Shown here piece by piece: positions 11,667-25,394 of a stretch of DNA of 64,000 nt. The stretch is from NCBI GenBank assembly GCA_951406725.2, contig OX597820.1, positions 93,372,001 through 93,436,000 of the forward strand. Direction: 5' to 3'. Made by a program: the position numbers and the translations under genes. The notes below the pieces were generated by a model. The model worked only from the letters and a program-made list of their open reading frames with translations. It did no database searches and was not told where the DNA came from. Source of the DNA: Octopus vulgaris (taxonomy: Eukaryota). The stretch's first letter is position 1. The number at the start of each line of letters is the position of its first letter.

Positions 11667-14600
11667 TGTTGTGGAAAGATTCCGACCACCACCATGTGAC
11701 TATTAAATAGAGAACTGTTGAGTCATCAGCAATTAGGGTAAGTAGTTCACAGTGAGCTATTGCTTGAGAGTATTGAGTCTCGTGTAATAGTAATCGTATA
11801 ACATTGTGTAAATACTTTCTTTCCCCACTGCTTCGTTAAATTATATATATCCAACACCAGGATATAAAAGTGGTGATAAGTTGATCGAAGCTTGCATTGG
11901 ATGATGAAATTTCTTTCTTTTTTTTTTTTGGTACAAAACCAAAGAAAATGGTTTTATTGACCTCTGTGGTGCAGTTGCAAAAGCAACAGCAGCAACAATA
12001 ACAGTAACTACAACAGCAAAAATAGTTACAACAGCAACTACGACGGGAAGAACAATAAAATGGGCAGTGATATCCTGATTATTAATGCAGATACATAGAA
12101 AAAAATTGGGAAACCTAGATTAAAAGAAACTTTGAAAATTGTCCATGGTGTTTCAGAAAAAAATTACATTTTAAGGGCAAATTGTTAAATGACATTACAT
12201 TTCATGGAAAAACCTTAAAAGCCAAAATTTTTGTGTTGAATGATATGACAAATTAATTTGAAACAGACTGGATGGAATTATTTAACTTATGGAACCTCCT
12301 CATAAATCTTTTCTGTAAAAATGGGAATGGTTTCTTCCCCCCCCCCCCGGTACAAATATGTCATTAGACGAATTAAAAAAGAAAATTTTTTTAATTTTTC
12401 CTGAAGTTCTGTCTGATGAATTAGATCTGTGCAGCAAAGCGAAGGCAAAGTTTCAAATAAAAGAAAATGCCATATCAGTATTTAAGCAAAAACGAACTGT
12501 ACCTTTCACGGCATTAGATCAGATAAGCTTAGAGTTATAGAGACTAGAAAAAATGGGACTTATCCAAAAAATGGAATATAATCAATGGACAGCATCGATT
12601 ATGTATGTTAAGAAAAAGAATAATAAAATCAGAGTGTGTGCTAATTTTTCCACTAGTTTAAATAATTGCCTTAAAATGTTCCACTATCCACTACCTACTC
12701 CGGAGGATAATTTTGTGAAATTAAATAGTGGCAAGATATTTTCTAAATTGGATCTCTCTGATGCATACCTACAAATCAGAGTAGACAATGAATGCTCTAA
12801 ATGCCTAACAATTAACACACATAGAGGACTGTATAAATATCACAGGTTACCACTTGGCTTAAAAATCACACTGGTGATTTTTCAACAGATTATAGATGCA
12901 ATGTTAGCAGACTGTGAATTTGAAATTCCATATTCGGATGATATAATCATTAAAAGCAAATCCAGTGATCAACAGGTAGAGCATGTAAACTTTGTGTTAA
13001 AAAAAAATTAGGGATTACAGCTTTACTTTGAGTGAAGAAAAAAATGAATTTTTCTTACTGAAAATAAAGTATTTAGGACAAATCATTGACAGAAATGGAC
13101 ATCGACTATATCTGTTGAGGGAAGACACAATTAAAAATATGCTCCCTCTGACAAATATAGTGACTTTACAAGCTTTTTTGGTGACTGCCAAATTATTACC
13201 AAAATTATATTCCAAATATGCCTAAGGTAAGAGTTCCACTAAATAATCTATTTAAAAAAATATGTAAAGTGGAACTGGTCTGAAAATTGTCAGAAGGTGT
13301 TCAATGAAATTAAAAAGATATTAACATCTGATTTTTCATTAGCACACTTCGATCCTGCTATGGAAATTGTTGTAGCTTCAGATGCCTCTAAGTACAGTAT
13401 TGGAGCAGTAATACTACATGAATATAAAGATAGCAACATGAAGTGGGTGGTTTATGACTCATGTTCTCTGATATCAGCAGAAAAAAATTACAGCCAAATC
13501 AAGAAAGAGGCCCTAATGGTATTTTTTTTTTTACATAGTAGAAGTTTTCCATTACAGATTGATCATAGTCCGTTATTATCGATATATGGGTCAAAGAAAG
13601 GAATTCCTACCCATACTGCAAATAGGTTACAACACTGGGGAACTATATTATTAAACTATGATTCTAAGATGGAGTATATATCATCCAAGAAATTAGGACA
13701 TGACTGATTTCAAAAAATACTTAACCATTTGAAGATACCATGATTGCAGCTTTGTGAGCAGAAAAGGAAATTAAAAATGTTTGTGTAACATCATACGTGA
13801 ACAGCCAGTCACATAACAAGACAAAATTAAAATCAGAAAATGATGAATTCACTAAAAAAATAAAAGAAATGCTGAAGGCTAAAAGAGATAGAAATATGCA
13901 ATACAAATTCAACCCATTCTCTATGTGAGGCAATAAGCTGATGTATGCACAAAGAGTCATAGTGCCAGCCACACTACAGAAGTGATTACTAAAGGAATTT
14001 TACATTGGTTACCCAGGGATTTCAAGAATGAAATCATTAATGAGAAGTTATGTATATTGACCAACAAGGGACCATGACATTGAAGAACTAGTGAAAGCAT
14101 GTGGAGGGTGTGCTCTAGCTGCAAAAGCACCTACCACTAAATGGCAACCAAGGCCAAAAACAGATGTTCCATAGTCCAGACTGCATATTGATTATGCAGA
14201 TCCACTTAAGGGTCCATATTACCTTGTTGTGGTGGACAGTTTTTCAAAAAGCCAACATCTGCAGTTACAGTAAATTTTTTACACAAATTGTTTGCCAGAT
14301 ATGGTATTCCTGATACCATTGTGTCTGATAATGGAACTCAATAAGAAAATTTTGTAAAATGTTTGTCATCAAACATGTGATCACTCTGCTGTTTCATCTT
14401 AGGTCAAATGGACAAGTGAAGCGTTTTGTTGACACTTTCAAGAGGGTGGGGTAAAAGGTGAACAATGAAGTAATGAACAACCTTGCACTTCAACAATTTC
14501 TAAGAGTGTACTGAGTAACACCAAATCCAAATAGCCTGTCTGGAATGTTACCCACAGAATTGATGTTTGCCAGAAAGATCAGATCTGTTTTCGATAAGTT

Positions 14601-15460
14601 GATACTGAGTGAAGATAGACAAAAGGCAAAGAGCAAAAACACTTCAAAATTCTTCAAGTTAGGTGATAAAGTTTTTTTCTAAACCTATAGATATGGTAAA
14701 GAAAGCTGGGAGGACTGTGTAATTATTAAACAAACTAGAAGAATGTTATTCCAGGTAAAAAGAAAAAATGTTCAACATAAAAGACATATTAACCAACTTA
14801 AAAAAGACTCATGGAAAAAATAGTGACAAGAAAGGAAATACCCATGGAAGTAGTGTATGGCACATTTGAAGTACCAACACCCAAACAATTTGAAGCTACA
14901 CATTCTAGCACCAGGAAATGGAAAAGAATGGAAACAATGGAATTGAATCCTAAATGTAAGACACATATAATCCCAGACACAAATAACCCCAGGCACAATG
15001 ACTCCAGACACAAATAACCCCAGACACAAATAACCCCAGACATAAATAACCCCTGACACAAATAACCCCAGACACAAATAACCCCAGACACAAATAACCC
15101 CAGGCACGAATAACCCCAGACACAAATAACCCCAGACACAAATAACCTCAGACACAAATAACATGTGTCTACACTTCTCAACACTCAGCAAGTAACTGAG
15201 TGGAATGTGCCAAGAAATTACATGGGTGGATAGCACTATCACAACTGCCAGATGTAAGATACACATACACAAAACCCCACCACACCACTGGAGGGTTAAA
15301 TAGACAACTGTTGAGTCGTCAGCAACTAAGGTAAGCAGTTCACTGTGAGTTGTTGATTGGGAGTGTTGAGTCTCGTGTAATAGTAATAGTATTGCATTGT
15401 GTAAATACTTTCTTTCCCCACTGTTTCAGTAAATTATATGTCCAACACCAGGATATAAAA
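11667..15460 (+). mobile_element. Gypsy (Mag-like) LTR retrotransposon, decayed, gag largely deleted
   Basis: Matching LTR segments 11703-11869 and 15295-15460; TG start at 11667; PBS-like tggtgataag at 11871; near-TSD gttac/gttat; pol order PR (GSDILIINAD), RT (FSKLDLSDAYLQI, YSDDIII), RNaseH (ASDASKYSIGAV, EKNYSQI), IN (LHIDYAD, IVSDNGTQ). Confidence 0.92.
14968..15161. repeat. 16-bp minisatellite (caaataaccccagaca), about 12 copies, between pol end and 3' LTR
   Basis: Period 16 read directly; explains the GVICVWGYLCLGLFVS repeat ORFs in three frames. Confidence 0.93.
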
Positions 15461-17712
15461 GTTATCGTTGTCATTGTCGTTGTCATGGTTATCATTAGGA
15501 AGTGAGTACACACTTAATAATGAAGGACATGGGAAATTCTGAACACATAAGCTGGTCGTGGTTGACTGAAGAAAGAGGATAGGAAAATTAATTACAATAG
15601 AAAGTTCAATATAATTGTCCTTGTTGCTGATGCTGCTGCTACTGCTGCTGCTGTTGTTGTTATTGTTGTTGTTGTTGATGCTGTTGCATCTGTTATCATC
15701 ATCATCATTATCATCTGCAGAATGGGAAACCATGCTGATTTTTAGTTACCTTCTCAGGTGCTCATCTGCTGGAATTTTCCTCTCTGCTTTGAGGAAGAGC
15801 TCACCTGCTAACTCTGAAAAAGGGTTAGTTTTATGTAGCAACACTCCAAACGAAATGCTAAACGTTTCGAAAAATTTTTTTCAATATGGAATTCTTGATT
15901 TTATTTTTTCCATGATAAAAACAAGACAAAAGTGAACAATACTATAATATTTGACACACACACACACCACATGCACACACACAAACTGGAGTGAGAGAGT
16001 GAAAAAGATTGTAGCAAAGTAAGTGAAAGAGAGATGCTATTCAGGAAGTTTGCCACCTGTTCAAGATCAACACCTGAAATTAACAGCAACATCATCGTCA
16101 TGGCCACACAGTATGTATCCTGAAAAGAATATCAGAAAAACAGCAGTTATAATGTTGAGCTAAAATCGTTGTACCTTCACCAACAACAATAATGAAAGAG
16201 AGAATGGCAAAAGCAATAAATGAAGTTAACAACAGCAGTCACAGTACAATAGCAAGGATTCTTCAGAAATGATAAACTACATCAATGAAAAAATGCTGTG
16301 TTCACAACCACCACCTCAACGATTGCTTCTTCCACCACAAACATCATCATTAACACATTAACACTATGATTTCTGAAAACGTCACCGCCCTTACCAAGAA
16401 CAGTAACAACAACACAAATGTCTTTTGAAGGGTGACAAAATTCCATAAACAAGTTTCCATAGAAAACAAACACAAGAATTTGAATAATGCAGAAAAAACT
16501 CATGGTGTAGGAGTGGTTGTGTGGTAAGTAGCCATAGGCATAGGAGTGGCTGTGTGGTAAGTAGCTTACTTACCAACCACATGGTTCCGAGTTCAGTTCC
16601 ACTGCATGGCACCTTGGGCAAGTGTCTTCTACTTTAGCCTTGGACCAACCAAAGCTTTGTGAGTGGATTTGGTAGACGGAAACTGAAAGAAGCGCATCGT
16701 ATATATGTATATATGTATGTGTGTATACGTTTGTGTGTTTTGTTTGTCCCCCCCTCCCCAACATCGCTTGACAACCGATGCTGGTGTGTTTACATTCCCG
16801 TAACTTAGCAGTTCGGCAAAAGAGACCGATAGAATAAGTACTAAGCTTACAAAGAATAAGTCCTGGGGTCGATTTGGTCGACTAAAGACGGTGCTCCAGC
16901 ATGGCCACAGTCAAATGACTGAAACAAGTAAAAGAGTAAAGAGAGTAAATGGGAAAACAAAGGAGTTCGGCTGGCAGTTCCTTTGTAACTACTGAAAAGA
17001 ACTGCCAAAAGAGTTAATACACACTGCTGTATGACTATTAACCCAACAGTATTCAGATTTCTCTGTGAAATGTAATGTTCCTTTATTCACATTGTTTTCA
17101 ATTTATCATACATTGTATCATAGCTTTGAGATTTCACTGATGTAATAGCTATTTTTAGAATGGCAATGTAGGATAGATGTGAGAAAGCCTGACCTAGCCA
17201 GTTTCAACGTAAAGCTGGTAGAATATTTGGGCCAGATATGGCCAGTTTAAATGCTAAAGGGTTAAGTATCATTGGTACATAATTTTGAAATTTTGAACAA
17301 CAAAAACAAACAAGTTTTGTATTTGTATTTGGTCTGCAAGATTCTTTATGTGAATTCATGTGCTGAAAGAAATTTTGTTGTGTCTAGAAAGAGTCATTAC
17401 ACCAATGTTAATAACACATGTGCTGGTTCAATTCCGCTCTTTTATCCAACAACAAATCAATCATTTGTTTAATTTATTTGGTTAACCCTCTAGCGTTCAG
17501 ATTTCTCTGTCAAATTTAATGCTTGCTTATTCACATTGTTTTCAATTTATCATACGTTATATTGTGGCTTTGAGATTTCAATGACGTGATTGTTTATTTT
17601 TATAATGTCATTGTAGGACAGATGTGAGAGACCTGAACTTGCCAGTTTGAACATAAAACAGGTAGAATATTTGGGTCTGATATGGCTAGTTTGAAAACTA
17701 AAGGGTTAAACT

Positions 17713-18542
17713 TGTAGCGGACCCTTAGTGAAATACTTCCTCTCTCTCTCTCTGACATATATAACACAAATACGGATGTAGTAGTTAACAGTTAACCTTC
17801 GGCCGCTTAGGCCCAGTTGTGTTCACTACTCTGATTGGTTGGTTTTGGTGCAGTTTGTCTCTTGCTTTATTTCGTGCCAGTGTGCGACCGAACCAATCGC
17901 AACCTTCTGATAAGGTCCCATGACCCTGTTTTTCTAAAGCTCGTTTGAGCCTCTAGTTTGCAATGAAACCCAGTGATTCATCGAATCACATGTCATAGGT
18001 TCTCCCCACTGACCACAGAGCACCCAGCGATACAGCCATGTTCCAGTGACAGTCAACCAGTTCCAGCGACTGCGACACCAACACTAGCAGCATTTTAGGA
18101 CCTTCTCCACCATTGCCTTCATCTTAACGTCGCCTCATTCTTAACGTTGCCTCCACCACCGTCCCCTTCTGCTTATCAATGCCACCATCATCAATACATA
18201 CACAACAACATCGCCCAGGTTTAACTTCACGCTGTTTGTGAATACTCACCAAGGTTAACAGCTAGCTCAACCTGTGAGAACCTTCTGTACCAAGTAACTT
18301 GACACAGCATAGCAGCCACAACTGATAGATGACATGTATTCAACTGGCTCTGCCTTGTGACCTCAACCTCTTGTACAGAACTACAACTATTGCGTTCATT
18401 ACTACAAACTGGTATTTACCTTCATCTTGTGTCTGATCTACTTCTAACATCCTGATAGACTCTGTATTTTATCTCATGTGCATACACCCTTGTTGTACAC
18501 ATTATTGCATGCATGATGGCCTGTGTATGTCTATTATTATTA

Positions 18543-18589
<47 letters not shown>

Positions 18590-18811
18590 GTACTCATGTC
18601 AAACACACAGACACACACTCTATTACCCACATGTTGACATCGAAATAAAACCTTTCTCTTAAACATTATACAGTTGTGTCATCTTCTCCTTATTCCTTTC
18701 TGGCACTTGTATTCATTTATCCATATTTTGACTTTTATTGTAAGGGGACCGTGCGGTGTTTAAAGGAGTCATTCATTTGTCACCATTTCCTTTTCGTACG
18801 GTCGTTCTACA
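17713..18811 (+). mobile_element. Solo LTR (about 1.1 kb)
   Basis: TGTAG...CTACA termini, 4-bp TSD AACT (17709-17712, 18812-18815), internal aataaa, locally CpG-richer. Confidence 0.75.
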
Positions 18812-20349
18812 AACTATTAAAAACTCTCAGATTTTACAGTTGCATGCATTTGATGGATACACTGTCTAAGAGTAATATGAAGCAACATAGATTTTTGTAA
18901 CTCAAGCAAGGTAATATGACTGCATAATAGTGAAATTCCTCAGAAGTTCTGCCTCAGAAATACTCTATTTTCTTATGCAAATTTGAGGACCTAAGCTCAC
19001 TCGCACATACTTTGGTCATCATGTGACAGAGGTCAAAATGTCAGATGTGCCACTAGATTTACACTCCTAGTGGGTAGTGGAATATTTGGTAATAGAAGGC
19101 CTAAGTCCCTATTTCATATTAAAAACATTGAATAGAAAATTGGTTTGGGACTGGAGTGGAGAACTTAATCGAAATAAAACTAGAAACTAGGGACAAGATT
19201 CCCAACCTTATTATATTGCCAAAGGAAGCACAACTTCAGGTCATGATGGTAGGTAGCAGAACTTGGTTGCACACATGTAGGAGCAACAATTGAGGGAAGC
19301 AGGAAGAAGGCCAACATTGCCTTTTTTGGTATTGTATTTGCAGCTGTTGCAGGTATAAGAAAATCTATACCATCGACAGTAGCAACAGAAGCATTCAACA
19401 ATAATAAAACAACAGTAAATACAGTAGTAACCCTAACAATAGCAGGAGTGGAAACCAACTGTTGCAGCTCAGAAAACAATTTTCTCACCATCATAGACAT
19501 GGCAGATTAAGAAGCCACAATGAACAAAGGTGACAAAACGTAGCAATTACAAAACATATGCAGGAATGAAGAAGAAAAGCAACTCACAAAATAGTTACAA
19601 GTTAATAGCCAAAAAGCACAAAAGATAGACTGAAAATTTATCTCTGAGCCATCTAATATCAAAACCACCATCAAACCACAACAAGAACATAACCAACACT
19701 CACAAAAGCAACCAGTGTGCTTGGTGTCTGGAATTTCACCAAGTGCACACAATTCTTTACCAGTCAGAAAATGAGGTTGGTAGAAATTCCACACAGGTAT
19801 TCAATAAAGGATTAGTAGAGGACAAAAGCAATAACATTCCTGGGGAAATTCTGGGCATTGATGAAAATCAACTGACTGATCTGTTCTGGGGGTTTTCAAT
19901 ACAGGACCTATAGACAATTTCCAGAAATTCCTTGTCAGAGGATGTTACTTGTTTGATAAACTCTGAGATGTCATTGGTTGGCCCAGTCCAATATACACAC
20001 ACAATAGTGGAACCATTCTGCAGGCACTCATTCAATGCCTGAGCATTACTGTAAAGTTACATCAAACAATTGCTGTTATGTGCAAGGTGGATACAGCTAT
20101 CAGCTGATTTCATTGTGAAGATCACATCACCACATTCCTTTGGCCATGATGGGCAAGTAATTTTTGTCCGTGTGGTGGCTTCAGCAAAAGAGGCATGTTC
20201 TAAGCATGCATATATTTAATTGCAAAAATGCAGCTTTTAGAGAGACATGCTTTACTCATCAAAGTGTGCTTTTGTGGGATTTCCATGGATAGTTCTTGTA
20301 GGTCTCCCCACTTTTGGGGAATTTTCCTAGTTTAAAATTTTATTGTTAC

Positions 20350-20960
20350 TTGAGAAGACCCGGCAAGCCAAGTAAGACCATAACTGTGTCCTATGCCAGT
20401 GCAGCATAACCGGCTCATTTTAGAGTACCCTTCAATCATTGGGCAACAAACTTCACTTGTAAAGACCTGTTGAGTCAAGCGAAGTCATTGTCATGGCCAA
20501 TGACAGTACCACCTGACTGGCACCCATGCCGGTGGCATGTAAAAAGTACCATTTGAGAGTGGTCGATGCCAGTGCTGCCTGACAGGTTCTGTGCCAGTGG
20601 CACATAAAAAGCACCATTCGAGCATGATCATTGCCAGTGCCGCCTGACTGGTTCCCATGCCGGTGGCATGTAGAAAGCACCATTTGAGCATGGTCAATGG
20701 CAGTGCCACCTGACCATGTAAAATGCACCATCCTAGCGTAGTTGACGCCAGTACTGCCTGACTGGCCCTCATGCCGGTGGCATGTAAAAAGCACCCACTA
20801 CACTCTCGGAGTGGTTGGCGTTAGGAAGGGCATCAAGCGGTAGAAACTTTGCCAGATTAGATTGGAGCCTAGTGCAACCTTCTGGCTTGCCAGCTTCAGT
20901 CAAACTGTCTAACCCATGCTAGCATGGAAAGCGGACGTTAAACAACGATGATGATGATGA
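20350..20960 (+). mobile_element. 3' UTR of an abundant RTE-type LINE with internal degenerate tandem repeats and (GAT)n tail. Shorter copies at about 11133-11430, 22905-23150, 23245-23410, 44770-45120, 46235-46330, 58780-59100, 60360-60740, 61140-61330, 63770-64000
   Basis: Repeated gccggtggcatgtaaaaagcacc units; end ggttggcgttaggaagggcatc...gacgttaaacaacgatgatgat; the same UTR is attached to RTE ORF2 at 53935-54887. Confidence 0.75.
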
Positions 20961-21754
20961 TTTCAAAAATTTTACAGATTATTCATGCAATTCCATGTAA
21001 CACTGTCTATCTTCACATTCACTCTTACCATTTCAATCCTGTTTGAGAGCTTAGTATTTATTGTATGCAAGGCTCAAACAATGATAGGTGTAACACTTCC
21101 CTTTTTCAACGGACACAGTCCTTTTATTTTTTCGCCTCAAATCATATTTTCTATTTCCTGAAGTTTTTCATCATCAGGACTATATCAATGATGAATGATT
21201 AAGCAGGTTTTTTCAACTCTCTCTCTCTTCCCAGCCTTTACATATGGATTTCAATATTCAATGGCGTGATCACAATGGAGAATTGTATTGTTACCTTGTC
21301 CATTCTCAGTAACTCGTTTTGATTTTTTTTCTATTTTTTTTCTGTGTCTTGCCACACAGCTCCCAATGAGTCATTCTTGCAGCATTATTATGTCTTCTGT
21401 TATATTTTTTGTCAAACCTGCTTTCTGTATCCATCCACTGTGCACAATAGAGTCTCACCTTTTTTACTCCATAACCTGCACATCACTTTCAGTTGTACTG
21501 TTTGTCCTGCATTTAGTGTAACCAGTCCTAAGTACAGCACAGATGAGTGCTTCTGTCTCTGGGTTCAAGTCACTCTTCCTTTGCCAGTGCCACCTTCCAT
21601 CACCATCTGCATTCCTGCTTGCAAACTGCCCACACATCATTTTTTACCATTCCATTTTCTTTCATCTTTCTTACTCTTCTTTTCTCTGTACTCCTCTGTC
21701 TCCACACAAGTATCTGTCCTGACTAAGCCAGATATTATTATTAGTAGAAGAAAA

Positions 21755-22385
21755 GAAGGCAGTGAGTTAGCAGAATTGTTAGCACATCGGGCAAAATGCT
21801 TAGCAGTATTTCATCCACCTTTATGTTCTGAGTTCAAATTCTACTGATGTCAACTTTGCCTTTCATCCTTTCAGGATTCATGAAATAAGTACCAGTTGAG
21901 AACTGAGGCTGATGTAATTAGCTTAACACCTCCCCAAAATTGCTGGTCTTGTACCAAAATTTCAAATCATTGTTAGTAGTAGAAAGGCAGACTCATTAGC
22001 ACTGTGTATATATTCTGAGTTCAAATGCTACCAAGGTCAACTATGCTTTCATCTTTTCAGGGTCAATGAAATAAGTACTGCTTGAGCACTGGGGATAATG
22101 TAATCAACTAGTCACCTTCCCCGAAATTCCAGGCCCTGTGCCTATAATAGAAAGCAATATTATTAGTAGTAAGATGGTAAGCTGGCAAAATCATTAGCAT
22201 GCTGAACAAAATGCTTAGTGGCATTTCTTCTGTCTTTACATTCTGAGTTCAAATTGTACTGTTGTCGACTTTGTCTTTCATCCTTTCAGATTTTATGAAA
22301 TAAGTACATGATTAAGCTGTGTGGTCCATGTTATCAACTAGGCCCCTCATCCAAAATTTCAGGCCTTGTGCCCATAGCAAAAAGG
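21755..22385 (+). mobile_element. Three head-to-tail copies of SINE family B (Nin/Deu-domain-like). Other copies at about 540-720(-), 9634-9840, 10410-10800, 25860-26050(-), 34010-34190(-), 34315-34545, 43414-43645, 43800-44015, 49160-49570, 61760-61975
   Basis: aaggcggcgagctggcagaa...gagttcaaattccgccgaggtcgactttgcctttcatcctttcggggtcgataaa...gtaccag consensus. Confidence 0.8.
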
Positions 22386-22702
22386 GTTACCATTATGCTG
22401 ACATACAGATATGACATCATGAAATGTATTTCACAACACTGTTTCAGTTACCAGTATGTGAGAGAAACAAGCTTGTTGTATGCCATGTGTGGGATCACAC
22501 ATTTTTAATGTAATTTCCATTTTAACAGAATTGATTTCTTTTGTCTAATCCATATATATATATATTGTTGAATGAAATTGGGACATCTGCCTAAATGGCA
22601 GAATGTGTGTGCATGTGTGTGTGTGTGTGTGTGTGATAATAAGACGTTTGCTTCCCAACCAAATCTAAATCTATATATATGTGTGTGTGTGTGTGTGTAT
22701 AC

Positions 22703-22733
<31 letters not shown>

Positions 22734-22865
22734 CATATGTATGTATGTTAACCTTCTATATATGTAGAAGGTTAACAAGAAACACATGAGTTGATATATA
22801 TGGAAAAAATTCAAGATAGAAAATACTAAAATAATTTTAGCCTTTTCTATCTTGACTTTTTTTCC

Positions 22866-22907
<42 letters not shown>

Positions 22908-23426
22908 CATCATCATCATTTAACGTCCGCTTTCCATGCTGGCATGGGTTGGATGATTTGATGCACCAGGCTCCAATCTTGATCTGGCAGAGTTTCTACA
23001 GCTGGATGCCCTTCCTAACGCCAACCACTCCGAGAGTGTAGTGGGTGCTTTTACGTGCCACCAGTACGAGGGCCAGTCAGGTGGTACTGGCAACGGCCAT
23101 GAAAAAATTGTTTTTCTTTTTTACGTGTCACCTGCACACCGGCACAAGTGCCAGTGTATATACATACATACCTTCATATATATATATATATATATATACA
23201 CATAGATACATATACATACATATGTATATATGTATGTGTACAAATCATCATCATCATCATCATCGTTTAACGTCCGTTTTCCATGCTAGCATGGGTTGGA
23301 CGGTTCAACTGGGGTCTGGGGAGCCAGTAGGCTGCGCCAGGCCCAATCTGATCTGGCAGTGTTTCTACAGCTGGATGCCCTTCCTAACACCAAACACTCC
23401 ATGAGTGTAGGATATATATATATATA

Positions 23427-24274
23427 TCTTCTACCTATGTGGAAAATTCTGTCTGTGGGTGTGTTTGTGGAGTTGTTAGCTAACTCCTCCTACATTGTTT
23501 TATCAATTTTGATGAAACTTGAAACGTGTCTGGAAACCTCATGGCGTACTCAGATTGTTGGAAAAGTCAATAATAGGGCTCCTGGAAAGGATCTTTATAT
23601 ATATATCTAATATATTTTATTTTAAAAACCAAGGGAAATAACCCATTCATTTTCCTAAATTATTTGGTAAAAATGAAACTGAATATTCTTATTTCTTACT
23701 ATTTGAACTGTTAGAGGTATTTTCACAATTTATCCAGTACAACTCTTAAACAAGTAAATAGTATTTTCCTAAACAATAGATCCACTTATTTTTCGTTAGT
23801 GACTTATTCACGAATATACCAACACTAGCACCCCTGAGGGTAATATTCTCTAGCAATGCACAAAAACCCTTTTCAGAGTTATTTACTTTGAATTGATATT
23901 ATCTTATATCTGATTAGCCTGTTATTACATAACATGCTTCATAATTTTAGTATATATACCTTATTAGTATTTCCTCCTAAATTCTATATACTCTGGGAAT
24001 GCATTAAAGCCATTTTCAGGGCTACTTTATTTATCGGGTAACTAATTTCATGTTATTACATAACTGACTTCGCAATTTGTGTATTCATAACTTATTGGGA
24101 ATTCCTATAAACAAGATCCTGTGTAAGACAGTTCAGTATTCTCTGTAAATGCACAAACACCATTTGAAGGGCTACATACTTTGTATTGTTGTTATTGGAT
24201 TAACGAAACAATTATGAGAATGGACCCAAGGGATAATCCCCGCTTTCCTGGGAATTACTGGGTATGTCAGCCAG
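23427..24274 (+). mobile_element. Non-autonomous Helitron
   Basis: A|TC 5' end; 3' end gggaattactgggtatgtcagcCAG|T (CTAG variant); subterminal and 3' sequence shared with the PIF1-bearing copy at 57545-58682; inserted in (TA)n. Confidence 0.75.
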
Positions 24275-24305
<31 letters not shown>

Positions 24306-24306
24306 A

Positions 24307-24361
<55 letters not shown>

Positions 24362-24569
24362 AATAATCAATTTAGGGTAGCAAAAAATTCAATAGAAATT
24401 ATTTTGCTACCAGCGGTCTAGTGAGAAAGAGGAAATAGTCAGAGACTATTAATAAATTCAACAACAATTGAGGAACGGCTACAATAGGCCGTTCGACCCA
24501 CTAGAAATAGCAGCCAGGGCTCCAACCGCAAATAGTAGTAATTCCGAAATCAGAGGAAAAATTTAAAAA

Positions 24570-24610
<41 letters not shown>

Positions 24611-24999
24611 AAGAGATGTATTATTATACATTATCAATTTATCTATTTATCTAAATATAATTAAGATTCAGTTGAATTAGGTAAGGCACCTTGATAGTTC
24701 AGTATAATCTGCACACCCCAACAATATCATTTGAATATTGAATATCAAGACTTCATGTAGGGGTATTTGTACCCAATATTCCTGTCATGTGTGTAAACAA
24801 TGCAACCCAACTAAGTGAAGATATCTGCTCTTGGTAATTCAGTCATGTACTTTTTAGGTGAAGAGAATAAGTAACTAAGATGTACAGGAGTCAATTCATC
24901 ACAGCTGTTTCAAGTGGCTCCATTTAATTGATTAATGAAAATGTTACATTAACTTGAAAGAAAGTTTAAGTCCATCAATTATGATGGACTTAAGCTTGG

Positions 25000-25300
25000 T
25001 AGATAGAACAGAACCTACGAAGCCAAATGGACCTAGGATTATCCCCAAAGACCACAAAAAGAACTTTCATGTCAACCCTTCTTTTAAACTTATTTACCTG
25101 ACTAAATCTGATATTGGTCAGCTTAGCAAATCCATTCTGGATTATGGTCTTACTCCTCATGATTCCTAAATCATCCCTTAGGTGTAATACTGACAAAGTA
25201 ATACACTGATTCACATTTATTGAAAATGTGAAGAAATACTCATCTACACAGTTTGATATCAACAGTTATCATTCTAGCATCTCCCCTATTCTCTTAATTT
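25000..25300 (+). mobile_element. Penelope-like element RT fragment (N-terminal part)
   Basis: IIPKDHKKNFHVNPSFKLIYLTKSDIGQLSKSILD...IENVKKYSSTQFDINSYHSSISP resembles the PLE LKDHKxNFxxNPxCRLINPxKSxIG...QFDIxxFYPSI pattern. Confidence 0.75.
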
Positions 25301-25394
25301 TTGATAAAGGGATAAAATAGGTATTATTCTCTTAACAAGGAAAACTATTATAGAATTTGAAGGTAGGCTATGGACAATCTGTGACACTCCTGAT

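Noticed and set aside
14772-15272. 166-aa Cys/Gly/Trp repeat protein
   Set aside because: Arises from the 16-bp minisatellite and is open in all three reverse frames
16000-16500. A/C-rich stretch resembling a Thr/Asn-rich mucin exon (also 19180-19800)
   Set aside because: Frequent stops, no clear splice pair or recognisable domain; likely decayed low-complexity or TE sequence
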